Shown piece after piece: positions 12,193 to 22,996 of a stretch of 64,000 nucleotides of DNA (position 1 is its first letter; each line of letters begins with the position of its first letter). The notes beneath the pieces were generated by a model. The model did not search any database and was not told the DNA's origin. It saw only the letters and a list, made by a program, of their open reading frames with translations. Source of the DNA: an uncultured delta proteobacterium. GTDB lineage: Bacteria > Desulfobacterota > Binatia > UBA9968. The translations under genes and the position numbers were made by a program. The stretch is taken from contig CAVXEP010000028.1 of assembly GCA_963760795.1 (NCBI GenBank), positions 43,650-107,649 of the forward strand, given 5' to 3'.

Positions 12193-12506
12193 ACACTATG
12201 CCTCTCCTTTCAACACTCAAAGCTATAATCCACTTTTGACGCAGTCAGGTCTAAAACACTCATTTGCTGGGATATTCAAGCACCGATGACGCCAGCGCCC
12301 CGCACTAAACTTCAATGACAACGAGTTGACGTTGGCGCCGGGCGCAACTGCACACGCAAGTGCGTCCGTGGGACAAACTACTAAACGCAGACAAGAATCT
12401 CTTTTTTGAAGAACAAAATAAGCTCTGATCGATTAACTGCGAATGAAAATTTAATTTGGCGCGGGGACGATCAAAAAGAGTTACTGAACTAATCCTCGGT
12501 GAACTA

Positions 12507-12535
12507 ATAATATTTTAAACTCTGAATCTTGTCAA
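12507..12535 (-). promoter_or_regulatory. sigma70-type promoter for rho (about 300 nt leader)
   Basis: TTGACA-17 nt-TATTAT on minus strand, overlapping the rluD 3' end. Confidence 0.65.
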
Positions 12536-13579
12536 CCCCATAGGCCGCGAAGATTTCGCCCGGATCGATTCACTGGCCACCGTGTGGCTTTTGAGCATTT
12601 CAATCAAGCTCACCATGTCATCGGCTAGAGGCGCGCGAAACTCCAGCCGCGCACCACTGCGCACATGATCGAAGCTCAATTTCTCTGCGTGAAGCGCATG
12701 GCGCGAGAAGCCATCGACTCCCGCCCCGAATAACTCATTTTGCGGCGCCACAGCCCGACGGCGATCGTAGACTTGATCGCCAACCAAAGGATGGCCAAGA
12801 TCGGCGAGGTGGACGCGGATCTGATGCGTGCGACCGGTCCGTGGAATAAGTCGGATCAAACAGTACCAAGAGACAATCCGGGCCGCCATCGGCACGGCGT
12901 ATCGACTTTCAACGATCCACTGAGTCGTAGCGTCACGGCTCTTGCCGAGGACGCGTAGACTTGACATCCGTTTCCGATCGCTGCGATGGCGGCCGATGGC
13001 ACGGTCGATCTCGCCCCGCTCCCCCGCCATGCGCCCATGCACCAGCGCGACATATTCTTTGCGTACCGTGCGACCCTTGAATTGTTCCACCAAGCTACGC
13101 ATCGCCAAATCGTTTTTGGCGACCACCATCACACCCGACGTGTCTTTGTCCAGGCGATGCACGATCCCCGGCCGTCGTTCACCGCCGATACCGGCGATGG
13201 CCGGGCAGTGGTGCAAGATCGCGTTGACCAATGTGCCACTAGTACGCCCTGCCGCGGGGTGAACAACCATACCCGCGGCTTTATGAATCACGATAATATC
13301 TTGATCTTCATAGAGGACGGTCAGAGGCAAATCCTCAGCGATCAAACCGATCTCACGCACCGCCGGTAGTTGAATCTCGATAAGGTCAGCCAATTTCACC
13401 CTGACACTAGACTTCACACGCCCACCGTTGACGATCACGTGACCGGCATCGATAAGCTTTTGCACCCCGGTGCGGCTCATCGCCTCCGCAGCTTCCGGCG
13501 CGGCACAATGGCGCGCGACGAACACATCCAAGCGCATGCCTGCAGTACCAACGTCCACCGTAAATCGTTCGGATCCCAT
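12515..13579 (-). CDS. rluD: RluA-family 23S rRNA pseudouridine synthase
   Basis: N-terminal S4 domain; GIVHRLDKDTSG; TGRTHQIRVH. Confidence 0.88.
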   Translation of the reverse strand: MGSERFTVDVGTAGMRLDVFVARHCAAPEAAEAMSRTGVQKLIDAGHVIVNGGRVKSSVRVKLADLIEIQLPAVREIGLIAEDLPLTVLYEDQDIIVIHKAAGMVVHPAAGRTSGTLVNAILHHCPAIAGIGGERRPGIVHRLDKDTSGVMVVAKNDLAMRSLVEQFKGRTVRKEYVALVHGRMAGERGEIDRAIGRHRSDRKRMSSLRVLGKSRDATTQWIVESRYAVPMAARIVSWYCLIRLIPRTGRTHQIRVHLADLGHPLVGDQVYDRRRAVAPQNELFGAGVDGFSRHALHAEKLSFDHVRSGARLEFRAPLADDMVSLIEMLKSHTVASESIRAKSSRPMGLTRFRV

Positions 13580-13581
13580 GT

Positions 13582-14544
13582 TTAAGATTTCTCGTCAATC
13601 GACGTCGTCGACGCAAAACCCCGACGCGCAAGGACCCTCTCCGCGTCCGCTACATCTAGATGGATCTGCGCGGTCAACGATGCCACAGAGGCGAAGTTCA
13701 TTTCGTCGCGTAGCCGGGCGACGAACGCTAGCTTCACCGACTCGCCATAAATTTCCCTATCAAAATTCAATACATAACTCTCAACGGTGCGCGGCCCGGC
13801 ACCGAAGGTTGGATTAAGCCCCACACTGGTAACGCTAGGCAGAGATTTCCCGCCAAGGTGAAACAAGGTCGCGTAAATACCGTCACGCGGGATAATCTCC
13901 GCCCGGCTGGCGATATTGGCCGTGGGAAAACCGATCTCGCGGCCGCGCCGGTGACCGGACACGACCTTGCCGGAAACGAAATAATATCTCGCCAACATCG
14001 GCTGCACCGCGGCGACTTCGCCGGCGCTGAGTAGTTCGCGAATCCGTGAACTACTCACGCGCTCGCCAGCCACCATGACCGGATCGACAATGCCCACTTC
14101 GTAACCCAACTGCGGACCCCAAGCGCGCAAATTCTCGATATCGCCGCCGCGTCCCTTGCCAAAGCGTAGATCCTTACCGACCCAAACTTTCTTGGCGCGC
14201 AGCCGGTCGCGCAAATACTTGTGCACGAAGTCCTCGGCGGGAATGGCGGAAAAGTCACGATCGAACTGTTGAATCACCACGTAATCGACACCGAGCGCTT
14301 GCAGCAACTGCATCTTGTCCTTATGAGTAAGCAGCATCTTAGGCGCCCGCTCGGGAGCGAGCACACGCAGTGGATGGGGCTCGAAAGTTAACACCGCGGA
14401 GCACACTCCCAGCCGCCTGGCATCGTCAACCGTATTCTTGATGAGTTCCTGATGCCCCAAGTGAATGCCATCGAAGTTGCCCAAAGTCACGCTGGCGCCC
14501 TCGAAGGCGAGCGCGGGATCGTCGATGTGACGGATTATCTGCAT
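13582..14544 (-). CDS. ribF: bifunctional riboflavin kinase/FAD synthetase
   Basis: GNFDGIHLGHQ, SSSRIR, GREIGFPTAN. Confidence 0.96.
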   Translation of the reverse strand: MQIIRHIDDPALAFEGASVTLGNFDGIHLGHQELIKNTVDDARRLGVCSAVLTFEPHPLRVLAPERAPKMLLTHKDKMQLLQALGVDYVVIQQFDRDFSAIPAEDFVHKYLRDRLRAKKVWVGKDLRFGKGRGGDIENLRAWGPQLGYEVGIVDPVMVAGERVSSSRIRELLSAGEVAAVQPMLARYYFVSGKVVSGHRRGREIGFPTANIASRAEIIPRDGIYATLFHLGGKSLPSVTSVGLNPTFGAGPRTVESYVLNFDREIYGESVKLAFVARLRDEMNFASVASLTAQIHLDVADAERVLARRGFASTTSIDEKS

Positions 14545-14647
14545 GGTAAACCGTACAATAGCACCGAACCACCCTGGGAGTCACACAGGGCGCCAAGTTG
14601 GCGCGTATGGCCGGCGGTACTTCGCTGCGCTACACGGATGATCAGGG

Positions 14648-15532
14648 TCAGGACTCGAGGGATTTGAGTTTTTGCTTGGCCATGAGCGCTTCAGGAGATT
14701 GGGAATACTTTTCGACGACATCTTGCAGCACCAAACGGGCGTTTAATTTTTCACCGAGCTCGGCAAAGGCAAAGCCCTGCCGCAACAGCGCTGCCGGAAC
14801 TTTCTCCGATTGCGGGTAACGGCGCCGCACCTCATCCAACTCAACAATCGCCTTGTCGTACTCCTTGAGACCATAGTGGCATTCACCGAGCCAATATTGC
14901 GCGTTCGCCGCGATCCGGCTCTTGGGATATTTTTTCACGAACTCGCGAAACCGGCCGGCCGCCGCGCGAAAATCTTTGCGGTCGAACAGACGCCAGCTGC
15001 TTTCGAAGTCTCGTCGCGCCCCATCCGACTCCCCTAGCGCGGCTTCGGCATAGCCATCCGGCGCGTTTGCTGGAGCGGCTTGCGCGGTTTGCGCGGTTTC
15101 TTTCAATTGCTTGATCTCGGCTTCGCGAATCTTCAAAATCTCTGCCTGGGCTTTAGCATCTTCTTCAAGTTTGAGCAGACGAGCATCTAAATTCTTAACC
15201 CGCTGATCGCCATCTCGGCTGGTTTGGCCGATTTCCCGTCCGACTTGCACTCGGGTTTCATCGATGCGCTCGCGAATCGCGCTGATATCGCGTTGCATCT
15301 GCTGCAAGTTGGCCCGGGTATCGGCCAAACTTGTTCGCACCGCATCGATATCGGACTGCATCGTACCGATATTCGACTGTATCGAACCGACATCGCCACG
15401 CAGCCGCCGTTGGTCGCGTTCGAGCAGATCCACCTGCTGCGGGTTCACACAGCCGGATGTAACCGCCAAAGCGGTCAAGACAAATAGAATCTGAAATTTA
15501 TTATTTAACAATGGAGCCATCCTCATAGCCAT
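14648..15532 (-). CDS. cpoB: tol-pal system protein YbgF/CpoB (lipoprotein, coiled coil plus TPR)
   Basis: Lipobox TSGC, coiled coil, TPR (NAQYWLGE); downstream of pal. Confidence 0.88.
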   Translation of the reverse strand: MAMRMAPLLNNKFQILFVLTALAVTSGCVNPQQVDLLERDQRRLRGDVGSIQSNIGTMQSDIDAVRTSLADTRANLQQMQRDISAIRERIDETRVQVGREIGQTSRDGDQRVKNLDARLLKLEEDAKAQAEILKIREAEIKQLKETAQTAQAAPANAPDGYAEAALGESDGARRDFESSWRLFDRKDFRAAAGRFREFVKKYPKSRIAANAQYWLGECHYGLKEYDKAIVELDEVRRRYPQSEKVPAALLRQGFAFAELGEKLNARLVLQDVVEKYSQSPEALMAKQKLKSLES

Positions 15533-15535
15533 CGA

Positions 15536-16129
15536 TCAAGAAGTGGTGCGCCGCTCGACGATCACAAAGCGCGCCCGGCGATTTTGCCGCCAACAGCCTT
15601 CCGAGCTCTCTTGGCATACCGGGATTTCCTCACCATAGCTGGTAGTCGTCAAACGATCCGGCGCTATCCCCAACGACGCCAGGTATTCCCGCGCCGCCTG
15701 GGCTCTTTTCGCGCCCAGTGCCAGATTGTAGTCGCTGGTGCCGCGCTCATCGCAGTGGCCTTCTATCTCAACCCGCACCGATGCATTGCTTTTAAGCCAA
15801 TCGGCGTTGGCGCGCAAAACGGCGCGCGCGTCAGCGCTGAGATCGTAGCGGTCGAAATCGAAGAAAGCGTCTTTCAAGGGACTTGAAGCCGGCGTGATCG
15901 GCGGCTTGCCCTCTTGCAACGCCTTCAGGCTCGACGGATCCGCGTCCGAATCCTTGGTAGCACCGCGCTGACCGTCGCCGGAGCGTACACTGTCGGAGGA
16001 CTTTGCCGACGCTGAGCCGGTTCCTTTAGACGGCGGATCGGGCTTGGGTGCCGCCGTCGGTGCACAGCCAAATGCAATTAATCCAAGCAGCAAAACTCCG
16101 CAATTCGCAATTCTCCCACGGATTGTCAT
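15536..16129 (-). CDS. pal: peptidoglycan-associated lipoprotein
   Basis: Lipobox AFGC; FFDFDRYDL, IEGHCDERGTSDYNLALGAKRA, NRRA. Confidence 0.95.
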   Translation of the reverse strand: MTIRGRIANCGVLLLGLIAFGCAPTAAPKPDPPSKGTGSASAKSSDSVRSGDGQRGATKDSDADPSSLKALQEGKPPITPASSPLKDAFFDFDRYDLSADARAVLRANADWLKSNASVRVEIEGHCDERGTSDYNLALGAKRAQAAREYLASLGIAPDRLTTTSYGEEIPVCQESSEGCWRQNRRARFVIVERRTTS

Positions 16130-16189
16130 CAAAACCTCCATCTTGTTGGTCGAAAACCTTCTTTAGTCATGACAGTTTACTGAAATAAT

Positions 16190-17506
16190 TTAGTCGAGCA
16201 GCCGCGGCGACCAGCTCGGTTTGGTGTCGTCACCACCGGAGCCTGTCAGTCGCCGTTGATTCTCACCGCTCGCTTGCATCACATATAGATGATACTTGCC
16301 GGCCCGATTCGATGAGAACGCAACAAATCTGCCATCCGGCGACCAAGTTGGATCTTCGCTGTCAGATGCTTCCGACGTGAGTTTGCGTGGATCGCCACCT
16401 TCCGCCGCAACCGTAAAAATAGCAAACCTGCTTCCGACCCTACCGGTATAGACAATACGGTCTCCCTTGGGAGACCATTCGGGCGATGTGTTGTAACTAC
16501 CGCTGTAGGTCACGCGCCGGGTCTTGCCACTCTGAAGGTCGATAACAAAAATCTGCGGCGAACCGCTACGGTCGGACACAAAAACAACCTGTTTGCCGTC
16601 GGGGGACCAAGCCGGCGAGACCTCGATCCCAGGGTCCTCGGTCAGGCGCCGGATAACGCCACCGTTACGATCGAGCAAATGAAGATTAGTGTTGCCCGCC
16701 GACTCATAGGTGGCCACCACCATTTGGCCGTCGGGGGAGAGCTTACCGCCGAGATACCGGCCCGCGCCGGGAGGACTGAATCTGACTTCTTTGCCGCTGT
16801 CGAGATCGCGTAGATAGAGGGTTTGGCCGCGATCCTTGAACGAAGAATACAGAACGGTTCGGCCATTTGCGCTCCAGGATGGCGAGAGATTGATCGTCCG
16901 GTTATCGGTGACTTGAGTCTTCTCGCTACCGTCAAGATGCGACAAGTAAATCTCTTTAAAGCGGCCGCCGCTATTGGAGACGTAGGCGATTTGGGTATTG
17001 AAGACGCCGGGAATACCAGTGAATTGGTTGATAATCTCGTCGACGAATTTATGGGCGATGCGGCGAAATTGGCGCACCCCCCCAGTGTAACGTTTGGCGA
17101 TGCGCTCTTTACCTTGGTAGACATCGAACAAACGCAGCTCCACGGTGATCTCATCCCCCTGCACCGAGAACCCGCCTTTGACTAAGCCCTCCGCGCCGAG
17201 GGTCGACCAATCTTTAAGATCGAAGGTGCCGAGCGTAATGCCGCTCTTTTGCGGGCTTTCGATGTAACTCGATCGATCGATTACCCGGAACCAGCCCGAA
17301 AGCTCTAAATCATGGACGATGGCATCGGCGATTCCCGTCGAATAGCGGCCGGAATCAGCGGTCGAGCCGCCGAGATTGCGCAGCGGCGAGACCGCAATGG
17401 GAAACTTCTGGCCGCCGGAACCGACGATCTCGCCTTTAAATTGCGCCAAGGTCGTTTCGATATCGAAACTGACTATGAACGCTATCACCAGGAACAAAAC
17501 TTTCAT
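16190..17506 (-). CDS. tolB: Tol-Pal beta-propeller protein TolB
   Basis: Signal peptide; repeated SPxWSPDG (PD40) motifs. Confidence 0.93.
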   Translation of the reverse strand: MKVLFLVIAFIVSFDIETTLAQFKGEIVGSGGQKFPIAVSPLRNLGGSTADSGRYSTGIADAIVHDLELSGWFRVIDRSSYIESPQKSGITLGTFDLKDWSTLGAEGLVKGGFSVQGDEITVELRLFDVYQGKERIAKRYTGGVRQFRRIAHKFVDEIINQFTGIPGVFNTQIAYVSNSGGRFKEIYLSHLDGSEKTQVTDNRTINLSPSWSANGRTVLYSSFKDRGQTLYLRDLDSGKEVRFSPPGAGRYLGGKLSPDGQMVVATYESAGNTNLHLLDRNGGVIRRLTEDPGIEVSPAWSPDGKQVVFVSDRSGSPQIFVIDLQSGKTRRVTYSGSYNTSPEWSPKGDRIVYTGRVGSRFAIFTVAAEGGDPRKLTSEASDSEDPTWSPDGRFVAFSSNRAGKYHLYVMQASGENQRRLTGSGGDDTKPSWSPRLLD

Positions 17507-17510
17507 CCGA

Positions 17511-18437
17511 TTAAGCCTCCAGATCCTCCGGCCGAAATGCAAGCTCGACTTCGGAGAAACCATTGCGAATGTTTTCCGTGAGCGCTGGCAGCGGGCTCGA
17601 CTTTCGCACCGCCCTCAGGACTGAATCGTCGTAAGACGAGTTGCCGGATGACTGGGCAATCTTGAGCCCGACTATTTCGCCGTTGTCTTTGATATTAAAC
17701 TGCACTACGACTTTGATCTTGCTGCGCGGTCCCACCCACACCCAATTATTCTTAATCGTGCTCAGCATGCGATTTTGATAGATGACATAGTCCATCCCTT
17801 TGACTATCCCTGGGCCGCCACGACCGCCCGCTCCCAACGCCGATCCACCCACCCCTTCGCCGGTGCCCGTGCTTAGCGCCTCTCCTTTTGACGCTTTCTG
17901 AGCGGTTCCAGTTCCCGCCGACGCTCGCTCAGCGGCGGCCTTGATCAACCGTTCACGCACGCTATCGGCGGAAGCAGTTTCAGTTCTATCCTCGTCTTTG
18001 GATTCTTTGGTCGGTTCTTTTTTCGCAGGCTCCTTTTTGGCCTTGTCGCGCAGTAGGACATGATCATCGTCAACAATTTTCTTTTCAGCGACTTTGGTTT
18101 TCTCGGCCTTTTCCTGGCGCAATTCTTTCTTCGGGACTGCGATCGGTGCTGGCGCTTCCGCCGCTTTCACATCATTTTTCACCGAACCGCTTAGCTCGGT
18201 TCCGAGGGAGGTGCGGCCAATGCGCTCGCCGCCGACCAAATCGACTGTGTAAATGGGCGTAGTCGGCAAACGCGGCGACGACTTAAACGGCGCGATGACA
18301 ATCAATAGCGCCAGACCGACATGGACGATTAGGGAAACCGTAACCCACTTCGGTAGTCGTTCCTCGGCCCCGGCGAGGGGAAACGAGCGTTCACGCAAGT
18401 TAATGGTTGGAGAGGAATTATCTCCGGCCATCGACAA
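17511..18437 (-). CDS. tolA: TolA/TonB-family inner-membrane protein
   Basis: N-terminal TM with SxxxH, Lys/Glu-rich linker, TonB_C-like domain (SSGNSSYDDSVLRAV); between tolR and tolB. Confidence 0.82.
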   Translation of the reverse strand: MSMAGDNSSPTINLRERSFPLAGAEERLPKWVTVSLIVHVGLALLIVIAPFKSSPRLPTTPIYTVDLVGGERIGRTSLGTELSGSVKNDVKAAEAPAPIAVPKKELRQEKAEKTKVAEKKIVDDDHVLLRDKAKKEPAKKEPTKESKDEDRTETASADSVRERLIKAAAERASAGTGTAQKASKGEALSTGTGEGVGGSALGAGGRGGPGIVKGMDYVIYQNRMLSTIKNNWVWVGPRSKIKVVVQFNIKDNGEIVGLKIAQSSGNSSYDDSVLRAVRKSSPLPALTENIRNGFSEVELAFRPEDLEA

Positions 18438-18854
18438 TCAGCCCTCTTCAGACGGCGGCCGGGTGACCATGCCCAGCCTTTCAATGCCAGCCTGCTTGAT
18501 TTCAGCAATGGTTTTCATCACCAGGCCGTAGCGGACATCTTGGTCGGCCCTTAAATAGACTTGCTTGTTCGGCTGGGATTTCGCAATCGCGCGCAATTTT
18601 ATCCCGAGTTCGCCGAGGGTCATGACATTGTCGTTCAGATAGGTCTTGCCATTCTTGGCCACGGTCACCACCAGATGTTCTTCGGTTCCGGGTATTGCAC
18701 TGCTTCGCGCCGCCGGCAAATTCACCTGCACGCCCTGCTGGATGATCGGTGCCGTCACCATAAAAATCACCAGCAAAACCAGCATCACGTCGACCAGCGG
18801 CGTCACATTGATCGCCGCGATTGTTGCGCCATTGCGTTGGGACGATGCATCCAT
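18438..18854 (-). CDS. tolR: TolR
   Basis: INVTPLVDVMLVLLVIFMVTAP. Confidence 0.93.
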   Translation of the reverse strand: MDASSQRNGATIAAINVTPLVDVMLVLLVIFMVTAPIIQQGVQVNLPAARSSAIPGTEEHLVVTVAKNGKTYLNDNVMTLGELGIKLRAIAKSQPNKQVYLRADQDVRYGLVMKTIAEIKQAGIERLGMVTRPPSEEG

Positions 18855-18913
18855 GGCTATACCGTCTCCTAAAATTACTACCGACGATAATCCGATTATA
18901 CGCTTTTATCTTC

Positions 18914-19657
18914 TCACTTGAAGAAGTGGCGTTCGGCGATATTGAGAAATTCGTGAGAAAAGTTGTCCATCTCCACGGCGACCACTTTGATCTGCTGGAC
19001 AAAGTAATTATAGGCGATCAAGGCTGGAATCGCCGCACCCAACCCGACTGCGGTGGCGATCAGCGCCTCGGCGATCCCTGGAGCAACAGCTTGGATACTC
19101 GAAGACTGGGTGACACTCAGGCCGAGAAAAGCATTCATGATGCCCCAGACCGTGCCGAACAGTCCGACGAACGGCGCTGAACTTGCCGTCGTCGCCAGAA
19201 ACGAGCAGTGCTTTTCCAATTTTGTGATCTCAACACTGGTCGCCCGCTGCATCGCCCGCGAAACATTGTCGACCCCGCCCAACTCGGTGGTGAGATTTTC
19301 CCCCGGCGATGACTCCTTCTTCGAGCGCGACACCCGCACCAGCTCTTCGTAACCCGCACGAAACACTTGCCCCACCGGACTCGACGCCAACTCACGGCTG
19401 GCATCGTGGATCGAAGACAGATTGCGCCGTTCCCAGAATATTTCGATGAACTTAGCCGACTCCCGTTTGGCACGACGAATCTGCTGGAACTTCTGTGCGA
19501 TAATGCCCCAACTCATGACCGAGAAAAAAACCAAAATATAGAGAATACCCTGCACGACCAGCCCGGAACCGCGCACCAAATCGAGAATTCCATGCTGGTG
19601 CGGCGCTGGTAGAGCGTTTTGCAGTGATAAATTAAACGACCGGAAAAAAGGCATCAC
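18914..19657 (-). CDS. tolQ: TolQ
   Basis: APFVGLFGTVWGIM, VAPGIAEALIATA. Confidence 0.93.
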   Translation of the reverse strand: MMPFFRSFNLSLQNALPAPHQHGILDLVRGSGLVVQGILYILVFFSVMSWGIIAQKFQQIRRAKRESAKFIEIFWERRNLSSIHDASRELASSPVGQVFRAGYEELVRVSRSKKESSPGENLTTELGGVDNVSRAMQRATSVEITKLEKHCSFLATTASSAPFVGLFGTVWGIMNAFLGLSVTQSSSIQAVAPGIAEALIATAVGLGAAIPALIAYNYFVQQIKVVAVEMDNFSHEFLNIAERHFFK

Positions 19658-19680
19658 GAGTTTTGCTGCGGATAATTGAA

Positions 19681-19709
19681 AAAGTATTACAAGCCTTGTA
19701 ATTAGTCAA
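19681..19709 (-). promoter_or_regulatory. putative sigma70 promoter of the tol-pal operon with an internal palindrome
   Basis: TTGACT-17 nt-TACTTT on minus strand; ATTACAAG-C-CTTGTAAT at 19686-19702. Confidence 0.5.
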
Positions 19710-19756
19710 TTGAGAACACCTGTTTTAACAAAACTTTCCTGGGCGGAGACCGAACT

Positions 19757-20935
19757 ATGATTAGAAAACTCACCGAACTCGATCTGCATGACAAGACGGT
19801 TTTCCTGCGCGTCGACTTTAACGTGCCGATCAAAGACGGCAAAGTCGGCGAGCCTCATCGTATCGACAGCGCGCTACCGACCCTCCGCTTCATCTTGGAG
19901 CGCGCCAAGAAAGTTATTGTTGCCTCACACCTGGGCCGGCCCGACGGTAAAGTGGTCGAGAAATACAGCCTGGCGCCGGTGCAACGCCACCTGCAAGACT
20001 CCCTGAAACTTCCCGTCGCCATGGCCAGCGACTGCATCGGCCCGGCAGTCGAAAATCTGCTGCGCACGGGAGACGACAAAGTCGTGCTTCTGGAAAACCT
20101 CCGTTTCCACCCGGAAGAGGAAAAAAACGACGAGAATTTTTCCCGCACTCTGGCCGCCCTCGCCGACATTTACGTCGACGACGCCTTCGGCGCGGCCCAC
20201 CGTGCGCACGCCTCGATTGCTGGCATGGCGAAATTTTTCAAGAACAAAGGCGCCGGCCTGCTCTTGCAGAAGGAATTGGACTATCTCGGACCGCTACTGA
20301 CCAACCCAGCAAAGCCCTTCGTTACGATACTGGGCGGGGCAAAGGTTTCCGACAAGATCGGTGTGATCAGAAATCTGCTGCCCAAAGTGAGCGCTCTGCT
20401 AATCGGCGGGGGCATGGCCTACACGTTTCTTGAAAGCCAACGGCATCGACATCGGCAAGTCGCTGCTGGAGCACGATAAGATCGACCTCGCGACCGAACT
20501 GATGCAACAGGCCAAACAGCTCGGTGTCAACCTGCTACTGCCGGTCGATCATATCGCCGGCGACCGCGAAAGAAAAAATCCTGTAACCATCAACGACAGC
20601 GCGATTCCAGACGACCGCATGGGACTCGACATCGGACCCAAGACCGCGCAAAACTTCGCCGCCGAGATCGGCAAGGCCAAGCTTGTCCTATGGAATGGGC
20701 CGGTGGGGCTTTTCGAGGTCCCACCCTACGACCAAGGGAGTCGAGTGCTCGCGCAAACCCTAGCCGACAATCATCCCGCGGTGGTCGGCATCATTGCCGG
20801 TGGCGACACGGTAGCGGCAGTCTCGGCAGCTGGCGTGAGTTCGTGCATCGCCCACCTGTCAACCGGCGGCGGCGCGACTTTGGAATTTCTTGAAGGCAAA
20901 GTCCTACCGGGGATAAAAGCACTGGACGAACAATC

Positions 20936-20939
<4 letters not shown>
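19757..20939 (+). CDS. pgk: phosphoglycerate kinase (frameshift near 20430, probably sequence error)
   Basis: RVDFNVP, LLENLRF, DAFGAAHRAH, GGAKVSDK in ORF 19757; WNGPVG, GGDT, STGGGATLEFLEG in ORF 20430. Confidence 0.93.
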
Positions 20940-21702
<763 letters not shown>

Positions 21703-21709
21703 GGGTTTT

Positions 21710-22078
21710 ATGATAATCGCAGTCACAATCATACATGTCATCGTCAGCATTGGGCTGATCCTGGTGGTCCTGCTTCAAACCGGCAAGGGTGCCGAGATTG
21801 GCGCGGTGTTTGGCGGATCGAGCTCGACGATCTTCGGCAGCAGCGGCGCCGGCAACTTTCTGACTCGCTTGACCACCGGCATGGCGATCGTGTTCATGGT
21901 GACTTCGTTAGCGCTAGGGTATTTCGCCGGTCGGAAGCCGTCGGCAACGATATTCGACAATCGAACTCCGGCGGCAGCAACCAGCACCCAGCCAGTGGCG
22001 CCGGCACAGCAGCAGTCAGCACCACCGGCGACAGCTACGCCAGAATCTACACAGCCAGCGAAGGCAGCAAATCCGTAA
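21710..22078 (+). CDS. secG: preprotein translocase subunit SecG
   Basis: VLLQTGKGAEIGAVFGG..FGSSGAGNFLTRLT; between tpiA and tRNA-Leu. Confidence 0.95.
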   Translation: MIIAVTIIHVIVSIGLILVVLLQTGKGAEIGAVFGGSSSTIFGSSGAGNFLTRLTTGMAIVFMVTSLALGYFAGRKPSATIFDNRTPAAATSTQPVAPAQQQSAPPATATPESTQPAKAANP

Positions 22079-22091
22079 GGCATTTCCTACT

Positions 22092-22178
22092 GCGAGGGTG
22101 GCGGAATCGGCAGACGCGCTAGTTTGAGGGGCTAGTGCCCGAAAGGGCGTGCGGGTTCAAATCCCGCTCCTCGCACCA
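22092..22178 (+). tRNA. tRNA-Leu (anticodon GAG)
   Basis: Acceptor GCGAGGG/TCCTCGC-A-CCA, anticodon arm CTAGT-TTGAGGG-GCTAG, long variable arm, GGTTCAAATCC T-arm. Confidence 0.96.
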
Positions 22179-22452
22179 CACTATTTCACACCTCAGCTTA
22201 ACTTTCAGAGGCGAGGCTCCAAGCGAGCTGGCCGTTCATGTGGCTTCTAGTCTTAGCTAGACTAGCCTAAATAGGGGCGCCAGTACGTGCGTGGTTCTCC
22301 CTGCAGTTGCGGTTCGCCAATTTTGCCCTTCTGCCACTTTTGTCACGAGCAGTTCGGCCCTGTCGGGTATTTGCCATAGAACAAAGTCCTCGTCGTTTAT
22401 GTTTGGCTAGTGCGAACCTGCGATTTCAATAGGTTAATTGACTTATCGATGA

Positions 22453-22468
22453 TGGCATATCGCTTGCT
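22453..22468 (+). promoter_or_regulatory. sigma54 (-24/-12) promoter
   Basis: TGGCAT-ATCGC-TTGCT matches TGGCAY-N5-TTGCW, 30 nt upstream of the HTH gene. Confidence 0.65.
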
Positions 22469-22498
22469 GTTGGTTAACCACTCAGGAGTACCATCGCC

Positions 22499-22702
22499 AT
22501 GCAAAAATCCGATACTGTGATCAAGTTGCTGACCCTCGCGGAGGCTGCCAACATACTGAAGATATCGAAAAGAACCCTGCACCGCATGATCCAGCACCGG
22601 CAGATCCCGGCATTCAAGGTCGGCGGTCAGTGGCGCATTTTGGAAAGCCGGTTTCAGGAATGGGTCGAGGAAGAGGAGAATGTCATCCCAAAAGCGGGAT
22701 AA
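22499..22702 (+). CDS. excisionase-family (HTH_17) DNA-binding protein
   Basis: LLTLAEAANILKISKRTLHRMI..RQIPAFKVGGQWRI; AGGAG RBS. Confidence 0.88.
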   Translation: MQKSDTVIKLLTLAEAANILKISKRTLHRMIQHRQIPAFKVGGQWRILESRFQEWVEEEENVIPKAG

Positions 22703-22996
22703 GACCACTAACCATCCCCCAAGCTCCCCCCTTGACTGTCCGCGAGATTTTCCCAACGACGTTTTCTCACTCACCGCCGCCTCAACGTGGCGAGTCGAAC
22801 CCGAAGTCTTTTGTGGCTGGTTTCCTGCGCCATTAACCGCCGGACGCTGAACCCATCAGACCGTAAACCTTCCGCACTCATTGGAACCATCGAGTGGCTG
22901 GCGTCCAATGCAATGAGCCGAGTGGTAACGATTCGTGACGACCACAGTTTCTGAGCGAGAGAAATGGGCTGAGTCGTCGGTGGTCGAGTCACCGAA

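Noticed and set aside
22179-22996. Prophage or genomic island integrated at tRNA-Leu
   Set aside because: No integrase, phage gene or repeated tRNA 3' end seen in the window; only an HTH gene
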